The notes: a model not told the origin generated them from the sequence alone. A stretch of 63,814 bases of DNA, filler included, from Octopus bimaculoides (GCF_001194135.2; 5 parts of 5 records of this genome joined end to end with filler, not necessarily neighbours in it), one strand, 5' to 3'; shown: positions 25,300 to 39,523, counted from the whole stretch's first letter. Numbers and translations: made by a program.

Positions 25300-27060
25300 A
25301 CAAATACACACACACACACACACACGTACATATGCACACACACGAAAAAAACACGTACCCGTGCACTCACATGAACACACATATACCTCCCCCACACACA
25401 CCACACACATACAACAACACATACATGCACAAATATACACACACACACACACGCACACACGCACACACACGCATACATAAACGCACACACCCACAGACAC
25501 CCACGCACACACACGTGCACAAGCGCACACACATACACACGCACAGGAAGGAATGCACACATACCTAACCCACACAACCCCACGCACACATAAACATACA
25601 CACGTACACACAACCACATATACATGCATACATAAACACACGCGCATACATGCAACAAAATGCAAACATAACCCGACACACATCTCCACCTCCACACACA
25701 CATATACACATGCATGCACATACACACATGTACACACGACCATACATACACACGCACACATATACACACGCACATACACACACGCGCACACACACATATA
25801 CATGCACATACACATACATACACACACTCGCACATGTACGTATATGTACCTCCCACACACACAACACACACTCATACACACACGCACACAATTACACACA
25901 CATGGACATAAACACACGCGCACATACACTCACGCACGTAAGCACACACACGCACACACACAGGAACGCGCTTATACCACCACACAAACCCCCCACACAA
26001 CCACACACACAACCCCACTCACACGCATACGCAAACTTACATACACACATACACACATACATATGCATACACACACAATATATATACATACAAACATACA
26101 CACACATACATATACATACACACATACACACACATACATATACATACACACACAATATATATACATACACGCATACACACATAGCACGCGCATACACATA
26201 TACACGCACATACATGCATACACAAACATGAACGCGTACACACACGCACGCTCGCACGCGTGCACACACGCGCGCACACTCACACGAATGCACACATGCC
26301 TAGCAGTCACAACCCCATGTATACACGCATACACACCCGCATGCACACAAACGCACACATATACACACACACGCATACACACACACACAACTACATGCAC
26401 ATGCACATACACACACACGCCAAAAAACGCCCCATATACCGCCCCATACAACCATTCGTTCACGCACACACGGACACACACACATCTATCAACGCACATG
26501 CACTCACACGCACACACATATATACATACGCACACGCAAATGAACTCACACACACACGCACACGCAAATTAACCCACACATACCACACACACTCATACAT
26601 ACACGCAATTATACGTACATGGACACACACACGCACAACACACACACAGATTAACGTACATTTACTCCCCAGACACAACCCTACACACAACCTCACGTAT
26701 ACACACATACACACACACGCACAAACAGACACACACTGTACACGAAACACACACACATGCAACATATACATACACGCACACACACACATACTTCAAACTA
26801 CCGATTAGACACCTTTCTACTAACCATTCTTCTACGCACATGTGAAGGGAGACATACAACAGACAGCCACTCTTACCAAAATTCTTACTATAAATTCTTC
26901 CTACGACACTAAGCGACACAAAGTCCCACCACACACATACATAAACAGCCACGACACACACACACATACGCACATACACGTGCTATCATTACACACACGC
27001 AAACAAACAGACTTGCGCGCACGCATGTACCCCACACACACACACACACACATACCTCCT
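25300..27060. repeat. 1.75-kb cryptic (CA/TA/CG) purine-pyrimidine low-complexity tract
   Basis: Degenerate ACAC/ATAC/GCAC runs, strongly G-poor on the + strand. It produces the His/Thr and Cys/Val pseudo-ORFs. Confidence 0.92.
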
Positions 27061-27187
27061 TCTCTTGCACTCTCTTGTCTGAGAAAGAACTTTTCTTCAC
27101 CCATTCCCTTCCGGCCATTTCAATATGTGACCGCGTGTGTATCGTTGGCGATTTCCTTTCTCCGTCTTCCCTTCTTTGGACTTTTTC

Positions 27188-27226
27188 TATATTTCTGATG
27201 AAGAGCTCCGCTCGAAACCTGAATTC
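27188..27226 (+). ncRNA. Hammerhead-like motif typical of PLE termini
   Basis: Intact CTGATGA (27195-27201), an extra A, stem II GAGC-TCC-GCTC and GAAAC (27214-27218). No canonical stem III or NUH follows in this copy. Confidence 0.55.
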
Positions 27227-27328
27227 CTCTTTTTATTCTTTCTTTTCCTGAGCGTCCAATAACACAGTACTTGTACCACAACCACGCGTTGTTGTTTTTT
27301 TTTTCTCCCTTGTTCTTGTTTGGATTGG

Positions 27329-27376
<48 letters not shown>

Positions 27377-27870
27377 AAATGTGTATGTCTGTGTGTATGC
27401 ATATATGTGTATGTATGTATGTACACCTATAAATGTAGGTAGATATACACATGCATATATACATATATGCATATAAAGAACACCCAGAACTCCATGTCAA
27501 GAAAGAGACCACGTGTCAGCTGAACATGTCACCAAAGATATGTAAAACCATGTCAGCATGAAATTTATGGCAGATTTTTTTTTAAATACATAAAATATGA
27601 AAATCCTGACAAATACAATATACTCACAATTATATATACGTTAATACACACACATATACATATATATACATAAGCGAGTTTGCATGCACGCGAGCTCACT
27701 CACATATTATACATTAATATATGCTCATACAAACATATATGTGTGTGTGTGTGTTTATGTGTGTGTCCACATATGTGTGTATGTGTGTGCATATATACAC
27801 ACATATGTATGTATTGAGAGATGAGAAAGAGAGGATTACTCATATAAAATTACATATAACTAAATATATA

Positions 27871-27902
<32 letters not shown>

Positions 27903-28111
27903 ATTTGTTGAGATACGCTAACAAACACATGCACACACACACGCAAAAGTTCCACATGGTTAACCAATTTTGTCGTCAGCTTTCAATAAGCAATTTACTC
28001 ACGTTGACTGTAATGCCAAATTAATATCATGTCTATATATATGTATGTGTATAGAAGTGTATACATACATACATGTATACATCACACACATACAAACACA
28101 CACACACACAC

Positions 28112-28147
<36 letters not shown>

Positions 28148-28171
28148 GCACACACAAATGCATACATATAT

Positions 28172-28271
28172 NNNNNNNNNNNNNNNNNNNNNNNNNNNNN
28201 NNNNNNNNNNNNNNNTTAATTAATTAANNNNNNNNNNNNNNNNNNNNNNNNNNNNNNNNNNNNNNNNNNNN
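28172..28271. other. Assembly join linker (44N-TTAATTAATTAA-44N)
   Basis: The same 100-bp structure occurs four times in the window. Confidence 0.95.
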
Positions 28272-28317
<46 letters not shown>

Positions 28318-28574
28318 TCACGCACACACGCATACACACATACACATATTCATATACAAACACTGTGAATCGAGATAATAGTCCATGATGATTCTTTTAG
28401 ATGTTCTAAATAACTAATCGAGGGATTTTAAAGATAATTTACATGATAGTACAGTAAACTATTGTTGATTTGTATACAAAATTTTGTATTTGCAGCTTTG
28501 TTAGTTTTTGTATCAATCAATAATTTTCTTTTTCAGGTGAACAGAAGTAATTGTCCTAACATTGATTTCAAAAG

Positions 28575-29552
28575 ATGGGGCGTGGAAAAGATCTTACAGA
28601 GTATGAGAGGAACCAGATTATAAAAGAAATAAGTAAAGGCAAGTCTGAAGATGAAGTGGCAAAGAAACTGGGTCATCATGTGAAAACAATTCGCAGATAT
28701 TTACAAAATCCCAAGTATCGGAATGAGCGCAGTGATAAAGGCGAGTCCCCCGAACAGTCGCAGAGCGAGACATTTCCCATCTCAAGCGATGCTTACTTAA
28801 AAATGTCGGATGTACTATTAAAGCTTTATCTGCAGACGCTGGCATTGCAAATTTCTGCAAAATAACAGGAAATAAAATAATTGGTAGCTTTGCGAAAGAG
28901 AAGAAAGCTGCATGCAAGCCACTGTTGACTCCCACACACAAAAATGCTCGGTTAGAATGGAGTAGAATGTATATGAAGACAAATGCCGAGCCATGCTAGA
29001 TGGCATAATGGTTGGCCTAAGTGATGGGTGTTTTAGGACAACCCCGTTCACATGCGTTTGCGTCGTCAGCAAGGGGGTGGAGGAGTCATGTTTTGGGCTG
29101 GAATCATGGGAGACAGGATGATTGGTGCATTTAAAGTGCCAGAAGGTGTGAAAATTAATGCTATCACTAACTGTAACTTTATTACGGCTGACTGGCTGGA
29201 TGAGCTCCCATTATCTGAGCTAAGCAAGGTTATTTTTATGCACGATAAGGTCCCACCACATGCTACTAAGAGAACCGAAGAGGTCCCCTTCACATTGGGA
29301 TTCAAAAGAGAAACTTTAATGAAGTGGCCAGCCTGTTCTCCAGATTTGAATCCCATCGAGAACCTCTGGAGCATCGTCAAACGTGAGATCTACCAGAATT
29401 GTAAGTAGTATACATCTAAGGAAACACTTTGGAAGGCAATACAAAACTCTGTTAAGGCAGTCCTACCATCTACTATCAAAACACTGACTGAATCCACTAA
29501 TAACAGCATTTTTTAGGTCATCAAACAAAATGGTTCATACACCAAACATTAA
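28575..29552 (+). mobile_element. Tc1-family transposase pseudogene, DD37E (TRT-like)
   Basis: MGRGKDLTEYE HTH start; RLRRQQGGGGVMFWAGIMG; FKVPEGVK; FMHD-(37 aa)-E in SPDLNPIENLW. The first catalytic D is deleted between KTN and CRAMLDG. Frameshifts and stops are present. Confidence 0.9.
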
Positions 29553-29951
29553 TCATAGAGTCAGAGCTTCTGTGAATATGTTATTAATGTATTTTGTTGT
29601 TCAATGGTACATTTGTGTCATATGAGTTATTTAAAATAATTCTTGAAATAGTTGCCATTTCTATCCTTATAAGTGATCACAACTATATATGCTTACACCA
29701 GAACTATTATCGCAGTACACCTGAAAAACAAGTATGCTAAATAATATGAAAACTAGGACAGCTACATACGATAAATTTTGTATACAACTGAAAATAGTGT
29801 ACTGTACTATTATGCAAATTTTCTTCAAAATTCCTCGGGTAGCTATTCAAAGAAATCTAAAAAATCATCATGCACTATTATCTCTGTTCGCAGGGTACAC
29901 ACACACATACATGTATACATGTATACACGCATACACACACATACATCACAT

Positions 29952-30032
<81 letters not shown>

Positions 30033-30345
30033 CACACACATATACATATTCTTCATACCCATCACCCCTATAAATGAAATTAATAAAGATCCATTTTAGT
30101 CAATCAGTGCCGTTGGTTAATGAAATTTTGAATTAGTGTGTCTATGCAATAGCGTTTCTAGAAAAGTATATCTACCCTTAACGGTTTTAAGAAAATGTGG
30201 ATGTTCGTATGTACATATGAATATAAGGTCACACGCACATATGCATGCATATGTGCGTACAATTAACATATACATACATGTACACACATATACGCATATT
30301 CATGTATATACATATACATACATGCACATACATACCCATGCACAC

Positions 30346-30406
<61 letters not shown>

Positions 30407-30787
30407 AAGTATGGTGTTTGGTTCACAGGTGATCTAAACTATTAGATACGCTGGATAAGTGCTTTAACGGGTTACTAGGATTGATTCCAAGGTCAAAGCC
30501 GAGACGGTAGTTATGGAGCCATTGCAGATTTCCGATGCAGCGGATATATAGGATGTCCTCGATTATGGGATATTCCGTCATCAGAGACAAATTGGGGAAA
30601 AAATATGGAAAATGAAAATGGTATTTATCAATAAGAAGACAACATAGAGGAAGGAAGTAAAAGAATAAGATGGAAAGAGAGAAGGAAAAACAAGCATAAA
30701 AGTTCATAGTTCAACTTTCTGAAATTATAGAAACCAAAACATGAGTTTCTCTTTCCCTTAATGTTTGACGTCTTGTTTAACAATTAT

Positions 30788-30821
<34 letters not shown>

Positions 30822-30827
30822 GCAAAT

Positions 30828-30860
<33 letters not shown>

Positions 30861-31203
30861 CGTATATATATATATATATATATATANNNNNNNNNNNNNN
30901 NNNNNNNNNNNNNNNNNNNNNNNNNNNNNNNNNNNNNNNNNNNNNNNNNNNNNNNNNNNNNNNNNNNNNNNNNNNNNNNNNNNNNNNNNNNNNNNNNNNN
31001 NNNNNNNNNNNNNNNNNNNNNNNNNNNNNNNNNNNNNNNNNNNNNNNNNNNNNNNNNNNNNNNNNNNNNNNNNNNNNNNNNNNNNNNNNNNNNNNNNNNN
31101 NNNNNNNNNNNNNNNNNNNNNNNNNNNNNNNNNNNNNNNNNNNNNNNNNNNNNNNNNNNNNATATATAAACACACACATATATAAAGAGAGGGGGAGAGG
31201 ATG

Positions 31204-31263
<60 letters not shown>

Positions 31264-32167
31264 CTCTGAAGTTGCGAATCAAAATGTATCCCGATATACA
31301 TAACTGTTTAGGTAAAGTAACAAGTGCACAACATTGGAAATGGCGCCATTATAGAAACATGTAGAAGATACATCTGTAACAAAAAGACATGCTACGGAGC
31401 TAATATTGAATTTAATTGAAAGAGTGTGAGATTGTAGGAGTGTGTGTGAGAGGCAGTTTGTGTGAGAGTTTGTTTGTGTGTATGTGTGTGTGTGTGTGTG
31501 TGTGCGTGTGTGTGTGTGTGTGTGTGCGTACGTGTGTGTGTGTGTGTGCGTGCGTGTGTTTTCAATTGAAGGCACAAATACGTTCCAGTTTAATGCTTTC
31601 GTTTAATGATTTTTACTCATATTTCTTTATTACCGTATCTGATGGCATATAAGCTGCCCTTTCTCCCCAAAGAACATCCCAAAACATCATCCCGGATCTT
31701 ATCTGCGAAACACGGTCAATATTACATGCTTTAATGTACTAAAAACACGTGGTTTACTTCTAGTGGTGATTTACCATTAACGGGCAAGGAATCTCTCTTG
31801 TAGTTTAAATTAAGTTAAGTTGAAGACCATCTTTTCCTAAATATGTGCTGCTGAAATTGGAGTACATCTAGTATACCTGTGTATCTTTTATGCCGTCAAA
31901 TAAGAGTCTTAATACTTAGTTTCAAACAACACCATTGCTAAGTCCATCGTAGCAAAAACACACGAATAACGAATTCTCATAGATACAATATCAGCATGGA
32001 AGCAGTATTAGAAAACAAAAGTTAGATAATAGAATGGCATGTCTAGGCTACTTCCTATACTAGTGGCTCTCAGACTGTTTATACTTGTACACTTTAAAGA
32101 AAATCAATATATTTTAGAACAATTCATGCATAAGATAGGAAATGTATGCAAAAATGTTATGTATACT

Positions 32168-32327
32168 CGTTTCGCAACAACGTGGTTCCTGGTCAAGTAC
32201 CACTGCACGGCACCTTGGACATGAGTTGAATTAAGCAGACGGAACTGCTTTGCAAAGACCATCGTGCAAGGACGTATATGTGTGTGTGTGTGTGTGTGTG
32301 TGCGAGTGAGTGTGTGTGTGTGTGTGT

Positions 32328-32372
<45 letters not shown>

Positions 32373-32710
32373 CTCTTGTGCTTACACCTGTCTAATTACA
32401 CCAGCCTAAACACCGGGTTTGTTTATATTGTGGTTATTTGTGGTCCCTTTTTAAGTGGCTGAAAAATATGGGAATTGATAAAACACGTTGTAGAGTCGAT
32501 TCAATCAACTAGACTCTTGAAAGTGATGCCCCACAACCACTCGACAACAGGCGCCAGTTTGTTTACTCCCCCATGACTTAGCAGTTCGGCAAAAGAGACC
32601 GCAAATTAAGTTCCAGACCCAAAACTTAATTTGTCGGTCTGTTTGACTAAAACCTTTTTCAAGTTGGTACCCCAGCATGGCTGCAATCCAGCGACTGAAA
32701 CAAGTAGAGG
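32168..32710 (+). mobile_element. SINE family A, split by microsatellite and extra sequence
   Basis: Head CACTGCACGGCACCTTGG, (TG)n, and 3' half GCAGTTCGGCAAAAGAGACCG...GACTGAAACAAGTAGAG. Confidence 0.7.
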
Positions 32711-34469
32711 GTATGATCACCCCTAGGTCTAAGATCACCATTGTTTTTTCTCTCCTTACTGACGGATACTTTTAACATGTTCCTTTTTTTATATTTCTTT
32801 TTATTTATTAAGCAGAAATGGATTTAATTCAGGGGCCATTTTAAATATTTAACCCCTTTATTTAAACTTGCCCTTAAAATTTTCAGTGCAGTTCTAAATC
32901 ATGGGATCATTAGGAAACCACGAGGTTGTAAAGTGAGCATTTCAACCACATAGCCATGCCTGCACCTATACCAAATATTAATTAAAATTCACATATTCAT
33001 ATTTTTTACACAACATTCTGAATTTTAAAAAAATTTTATTAATATTATTAAGAAAAAATAATCATAAAATTCATTTTTTTTTATATTTCTATTATTTTTT
33101 TTTTTAAGTATTTACTTATTTATTCAAATTCTTGTTATCAAAAAGTATAATTCTTAGTTTTTGTTACATAGTGTACAACAATAATTTCCGTTTTTTATTT
33201 TAATCGACACGTCTACAGTTATATTTCGTGTTATATTAAAACTTTATACTAAAAATTTCAGTTAATATTTTTCATTTTTTGGTGTTGCTTTTTATTTTAT
33301 TTTATTTTTCAATAATTTTATTATTTTCACGACGCATCCAGTTATATCACATCTAACAGTGAAATTTTATTCTCTACAAAAACAACACACGAAACTTATA
33401 ATATTGAATAAAAAGCCGGAATTAATTTCAAAGTGCCGACACGAAGAGAACAGACCGCTACCGTTAACGTCAGTTCGAACTATAAACAAGCAGTCGCTAT
33501 TTGATTGCCAAATACATACATACATAGATTATTAACAAAAAATCTTTCGCAAAATAACATTTTGAGCTTTATTCTACATTCATTTCAATGCTATCCCAGT
33601 GTTATCCTTCTGATACCATTATCTTCCTTACTCCTAAACTCCTATCCATATCTGAATTTTAGTCTCCATACATTTTAATAGCAATTTTTATTTGAAATGA
33701 AAGGAATTTTTTCGAAATTATATTCCCACTTATTTTGATTTGTTTATATCTAAGGGAAACTACTCTGTTTTACTTGACGAAGCCATTTGTAAATATGCGG
33801 TATTCTTTTCTTTTAATAACTTATTATTAACTTTGAATTATTGCATTTATTATGTTCTAGTGGATAATATATTGGTTTTTAATTTTTTAAATTAGTTAAC
33901 TCTATAATTGTTAGTAGTTAATAGTTTATTTTTTATTAATTTATCTGTAGATTGATTGTCTATTTTATTTTGTATAGATGGTAATTGCAAATGTTGTTAA
34001 CAAGTATTAATANNNNNNNNNNNNNNNNNNNNNNNNNNNNNNNNNNNNNNNNNNNNNNNNNNNNNNNNNNNNNNNNNNNNNNNNNNNNNNNNNNNNNNNN
34101 NNNNNNNNNNNNNNNNNNNNNNNNNNNNNNNNNNNNNNNNNNNNNNNNNNNNNNNNNNNNNNNNNNNNNNNNNNNNNNNNNNNNNNNNNNNNNNNNNNNN
34201 NNNNNNNNNNNNNNNNNNNNNNNNNNNNNNNNNNNNNNNNNNNNNNNNNNNNNNNNNNNNNNNNNNNNNNNNNNNNNNNNNNNNNNNNNNNNNNNNNNNN
34301 NNNNNNNNNNNNNNNNNNNNNNNNNNNNNNNNNNNNNNNNNNNNNNNNNNNNNNNNNNNNNNNNNNNNNNNNNNNNNNNNNNNNNNNNNNNNNNNNNNNN
34401 NNNNNNNNNNNNNNNNNNNNNNNNNNATATATATATATATAAACCCCTGATGAGGAAGCAATCGAATTG

Positions 34470-34670
34470 CTTTTTGATTTCATGGATGAGTTTTTCCTGA
34501 CCCAACTTGTTCTCGAACCAACAAAGTGTCACAAAAATGCCTTGGGCCTAGTGTTCAGTAACCACACTGACACTATCCACAATATTGCAGTAGAAAAAAC
34601 ACCACTACTCTCAGATCATGATATGGTTGTCTGTGATCTGAGATTCTACCATCCAAAGATCAAACCCAAT
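34470..34670 (+). mobile_element. LINE APE-endonuclease C-terminal fragment (jockey/CR1-like)
   Basis: FLTQLVLEPT..NALGLVFSN..LLSDHDMV, homologous to 55628-55800. Confidence 0.8.
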
Positions 34671-34859
34671 GACAAGCTTCTAAGCGACCACTGTGTTTTG
34701 ACTAAAGAAAATAGTCTAATATCGAGGCATATAAGCCCCAGATGGAAAAAAGTGGGGTTTTTTGTACGCATGCTAATTGATCCCACATCTTTTATATTCG
34801 CGATATATATGCTAACCGTTACACCAACGTGTATGTATATACCTTTCATGGCATAATTT

Positions 34860-35270
34860 TATCTATGTAACAATGTTAAGTATTTTCAATTGTAAGGATT
34901 ATTACGCTGTTTTTCTATATTTTGGACAGTGTTGTACTCGTAAAATTCAGACGTTCTTATTACTACAGTCAGTACACCGAAAATCTGCAATAAGCTTTCC
35001 TTATAACATTTGTCCATGTTCTTGTATTGATGCCTCCAATTAATGTTGAACGAACGTTTGAAGAATTTGCTGGTAATTTGAGTGACGAAGATAAACATTT
35101 GCTTGAAACTTTCATAGACTATTTCGAAACCACGCTGGAATACATGTGAACGTGAACAAAATAGTTTGTTACGTGCTACAAACAATGCTAAAGGCTGGAA
35201 GAACGTATTTGATAAACGTGTTGCCATTTTTCAGCCTATGATGCAGAGAATTTTTAGATGGGATATCTGT
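34860..35270 (+). mobile_element. Mutator/MULE transposase relic
   Basis: Across frameshifts: GQCCTRKIQ; VLMPPINVERTFEEF..FIDYFETT; WNTCER..LRATNNAKGWKNVFDKRV. These match the MULE motifs GQCxWRKIQ, LDYFExTW and PRTNNxxEGWH. Confidence 0.7.
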
Positions 35271-37197
35271 TTTTATTGTATATTAAAAATTATTCTATGT
35301 TTTTAATTTCTGCAATCTACACTTAGTACTTATTTGATATTTGAAATTATTGTACATTTGAAATCTATTATTCTCCCATGAAAGCTTGTTTTAGTTAGAA
35401 TTTGGTTTGATAAAATGTCTCTCGATGAAAGAAAAGTATCACGGACTGAAACATGTCCACAGCTGCCTATTACCTCTAAACAAAGATCAGATTTTGCCAT
35501 AAGCATGTAAAATAATTTTAAACGATTAATTCTTAATTTCTTAAGTTATATCTCTGTCCTTTGAAAGCCACTAAAAATTAGCACAAACTTTATTTTCCTT
35601 CTCTAACTAAAGGGCAATTCTAAGTCGAGAATTTTTTATGCATTCGTCATTTGGTACACCACTGATTGCTGCAGTCATTTCCCTTAGCTAATTTTATTTT
35701 ACTATGGTAAATGCTATATTTATATATTTTATTTCAGGCAAAAACTATTGAATGATGTCGATTTCCACTTGACTATTTTCATTTTCGTATAAATTTTGTT
35801 GGATAACGAACTAATAAATACGGGTTTCTTTTCTAAGAAGGGTCCCTCACGTATTTAATCATTTCGTTTTTCCCATTTTATATATTTCGTGAGAATTTAT
35901 TGACCGTTGGAATAAGATTTGAAGCAATCATTTTCAGTATTGGAAATGGTAAGCCAAATTCGCAACATTCTATGGGAAAATACGAAGAGAAAGAGAGGGA
36001 AGAGGTGAAAAGGAAATGAGAGAGAATTGATTATGCATATTTCTCTGAAATTATTCCTTCTTTAAACACCATTTGTGTTGGGACTAAATACACAGAATTA
36101 CAATTATTCATTATTTCCTTCTGCTTCCAAATTGTCCATCTTCAGTAGAATTTATCGCAAATCTTTATTCATTTTTGCCAGTGACATTCATTTGTTTTCT
36201 TCTCTACTTTTTTTTTTTCCTTTTCCCTTTCCCGTTAGCGTAAGGTATAAATAACCAAGAGACATTCTTCCATTCGTTAACGTAGAATAAGAAAGCAACT
36301 ATTATTACGCCAAAAAATTTTCCTTGATGTCTAATAGTGAAAACTATTCTATATTATTTTTGCATTCACGAAAAACCTCTTCTTTGAAAATGTCCAATTC
36401 GTGGAACTAGCTTGTCTCTGTCTACATTTAAACGATGAGATTTTATCGAGTTTATAGAAGTTCAGTCTGGCACTCACACACAAAAATAAACAAGTTCTAA
36501 TGATAAATAAGAAGCAAAAATCTAAAATATTTTTCCTTACTAACATTCAGTTTGGCCTCTGGTGGGTAACATTCAAAGAGCTGGAATTATACACGCATTA
36601 TCGACTGTAGTGAGCTTGAATGCTTTATATATTATCTACTTAAACTACTTCATTGCAGAACAGTAAAGATAAATCTAAAAACATTTTGTGTTATTATTTA
36701 TAACTTTTTTTTATGGCTGATAACAAAGTTATAGCTGATCGATTTGATAGGGTCTTGACCTGCCTGCCAAGGGGGCTTTGATTTCTGTCTTCTTTGTGGC
36801 GCTGTGTTTGTATCAAGAAGTTTTAATATTTTCAACTAGTTTGTCAATCTAGACATAGTAAAGACGGGCTGACCGATAAGTTATGGATAAGCTATCGAAC
36901 TTCTTGCTCTTATGATTATGAAATCAGATCCGTTGCAGAAGACACATTGGCATTTCTGATTAGAACTGTATATCTTGTGTTCCAAGCAATCGACTGAGCT
37001 GTCTAAAATACAAACGAGATCATTTAAGAAAAATTATTTACGATAGAGCAGTGTCCTATTTGCTTCATGTCATGAAATAAAATTTAAACAAAATATCGAT
37101 TTTAAATCTCTGTCAGATCAAAACTGCATTTAGGGTTACAATTGTTTACCTAGATAAATAAATAGAGAGAGAGAGAGAGAGAGAGACACAGACAGAC

Positions 37198-37260
<63 letters not shown>

Positions 37261-37366
37261 CAAAGCGACAGAGAGAGTGTGGGAGAGATATAGATAGAGA
37301 GAGAAATATATATATACATAGAGAGAAATATAATAAAGAGATAAAGAGATAGAGATATAAAGTTAG

Positions 37367-37432
<66 letters not shown>

Positions 37433-37608
37433 GTAGATAGATAGTATTGTTTTCTTTGCATGAGACAAGAAGCATTGTGTAAATAATGAGAGTTCTGGTA
37501 GCTTTTATCTAAAAGTGGAATATCTAATTGATTAGTGCCCTATCAAGGGATATATGTAGGTATAAGAGGAAGAAAGAGAGAAATTGACAGGAAGTATGTA
37601 CGCCCAAC

Positions 37609-37644
<36 letters not shown>

Positions 37645-37666
37645 TATACATACATACATACATACA

Positions 37667-37710
<44 letters not shown>

Positions 37711-38879
37711 ACCACTAAATTACATGAAAATTTAGATAAATGAGATAAATTCCGTAACATTCAAAGGTCGTTTGATAAAGTATAGAAAGTAAAAGCAGAC
37801 AAGTTATATATATTTTAACTCTTTTACTGGTTTCGATCATTGGAATCCGACGACGTCACATCGCGGTTTCCATGGGATTTAGTCATTCACTTCGCACCCT
37901 ACCACTCACCCCACGATGTACTTTTTTCCATCTGGGCCTTATTTCGTTGATCTCTGTTTGCCGAACTTTTTATGGAAGCCTACATGAATTGATACAATAT
38001 AAAACAACAATTTTATAACGGGGTAAAAAATACACACACACACACACACACACATACACACACACACACGCACACACATGCACACGCGCATACACACGTA
38101 CATACACACATACATGCATACTTATATATATATGTATGTATATATATATATATATATGTAAATATATATATGTATGTATATATATATATATGTAAAAATA
38201 TATATATATGTATCTCAATCTCTCTTTCTTTCTCTCTCTCTCTCTCTCTCTCTCNNNNNNNNNNNNNNNNNNNNNNNNNNNNNNNNNNNNNNNNNNNNNN
38301 NNNNNNNNNNNNNNNNNNNNNNNNNNNNNNNNNNNNNNNNNNNNNNNNNNNNNNNNNNNNNNNNNNNNNNNNNNNNNNNNNNNNNNNNNNNNNNNNNNNN
38401 NNNNNNNNNNNNNNNNNNNNNNNNNNNNNNNNNNNNNNNNNNNNNNNNNNNNNNNNNNNNNNNNNNNNNNNNNNNNNNNNNNNNNNNNNNNNNNNNNNNN
38501 NNNNNNNNNNNNNNNNNNNNNNNNNNNNNNNNNNNNNNNNNNNNNNNNNNNNNNNNNNNNNNNNNNNNNNNNNNNNNNNNNNNNNNNNNNNNNNNNNNNN
38601 NNNNNNNNNNNNNNNNNNNNNNNNNNNNNNNNNNNNNNNNNNNNNNNNNNNNNNNNNNNNNNNNNNNNNNNNNNNNNNNNNNNNNNNNNNNNNNNNNNNN
38701 NNNNNNNNNNNNNNNNNNNNNNNNNNNNNNNNNNNNNNNNNNNNNNNNNNNNNNNNNNNNNNNNNNNNNNNNNNNNNNNNNNNNNNNNNNNNNNNNNNNN
38801 NNNNNNNNATATATATATATCTGCGCATGTGTGTATTTCTGCGTGTGTATATATATATACACGCTGACGTAAACACGCT

Positions 38880-39390
38880 TAATTACAAAGATTAAAATAC
38901 TGGACAGAACTCTAAGAGTTAACCATTACTTTTTCAAAACAAAAGGTAGATATCCCATTAATATCTGAATAAAACCAACACTCAAACCGAGAGAGAGAGA
39001 TCTGCTAACCATCAACCTAACTCCATTCTTTTGTGAACACTTATGAACTGAAAATGGCACACCTAAATATACACACCAAATTACAAAGTTCTACAAGCGT
39101 GAATGAGTTCCAACAATTAGTTCTTCCTCAAATTTAATCAATAAAAGTTCTCTTACCACCATAGCCTATCATACAGCCTAATTATCATTCAACAGAACTC
39201 AGCTTACCTAGAAAATTTAAACTTAACTGAGACTATATGAAGCCAAAATGAACTTAAATTATTTTCAGTCCCATGATAGCTTAGCTGGTCGAAACTTCGA
39301 AGCCATTGTTGTTCTTGTTAAAGAATAATAAATCTGTACTCTACCAAAAGTATTGAGTAAACGTTCAGTTTATTGTAAAATTGTTTTTAT
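38880..39390 (+). mobile_element. Penelope-like 3' end with a decayed hammerhead-like motif
   Basis: KIKILDR..KPTLKPRERDLL resembles a GIY-YIG C-terminus. CCCATGA-stem-GAAACTTCGAAGCCATTGT (39270-39309) and the downstream ~90 bp are homologous to 22908-23040. Confidence 0.55.
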
Positions 39391-39411
39391 TATTACATGA
39401 AAACAAACATT

Positions 39412-39523
<112 letters not shown>

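Noticed and set aside
28216-28227. TTAATTAATTAA as a homeodomain site or piggyBac TTAA footprint
   Set aside because: It always sits between two runs of exactly 44 N, so it is an artefact.
34886-35227. 113-aa minus-strand ORF as a host exon
   Set aside because: The opposite strand carries ordered MULE transposase motifs.
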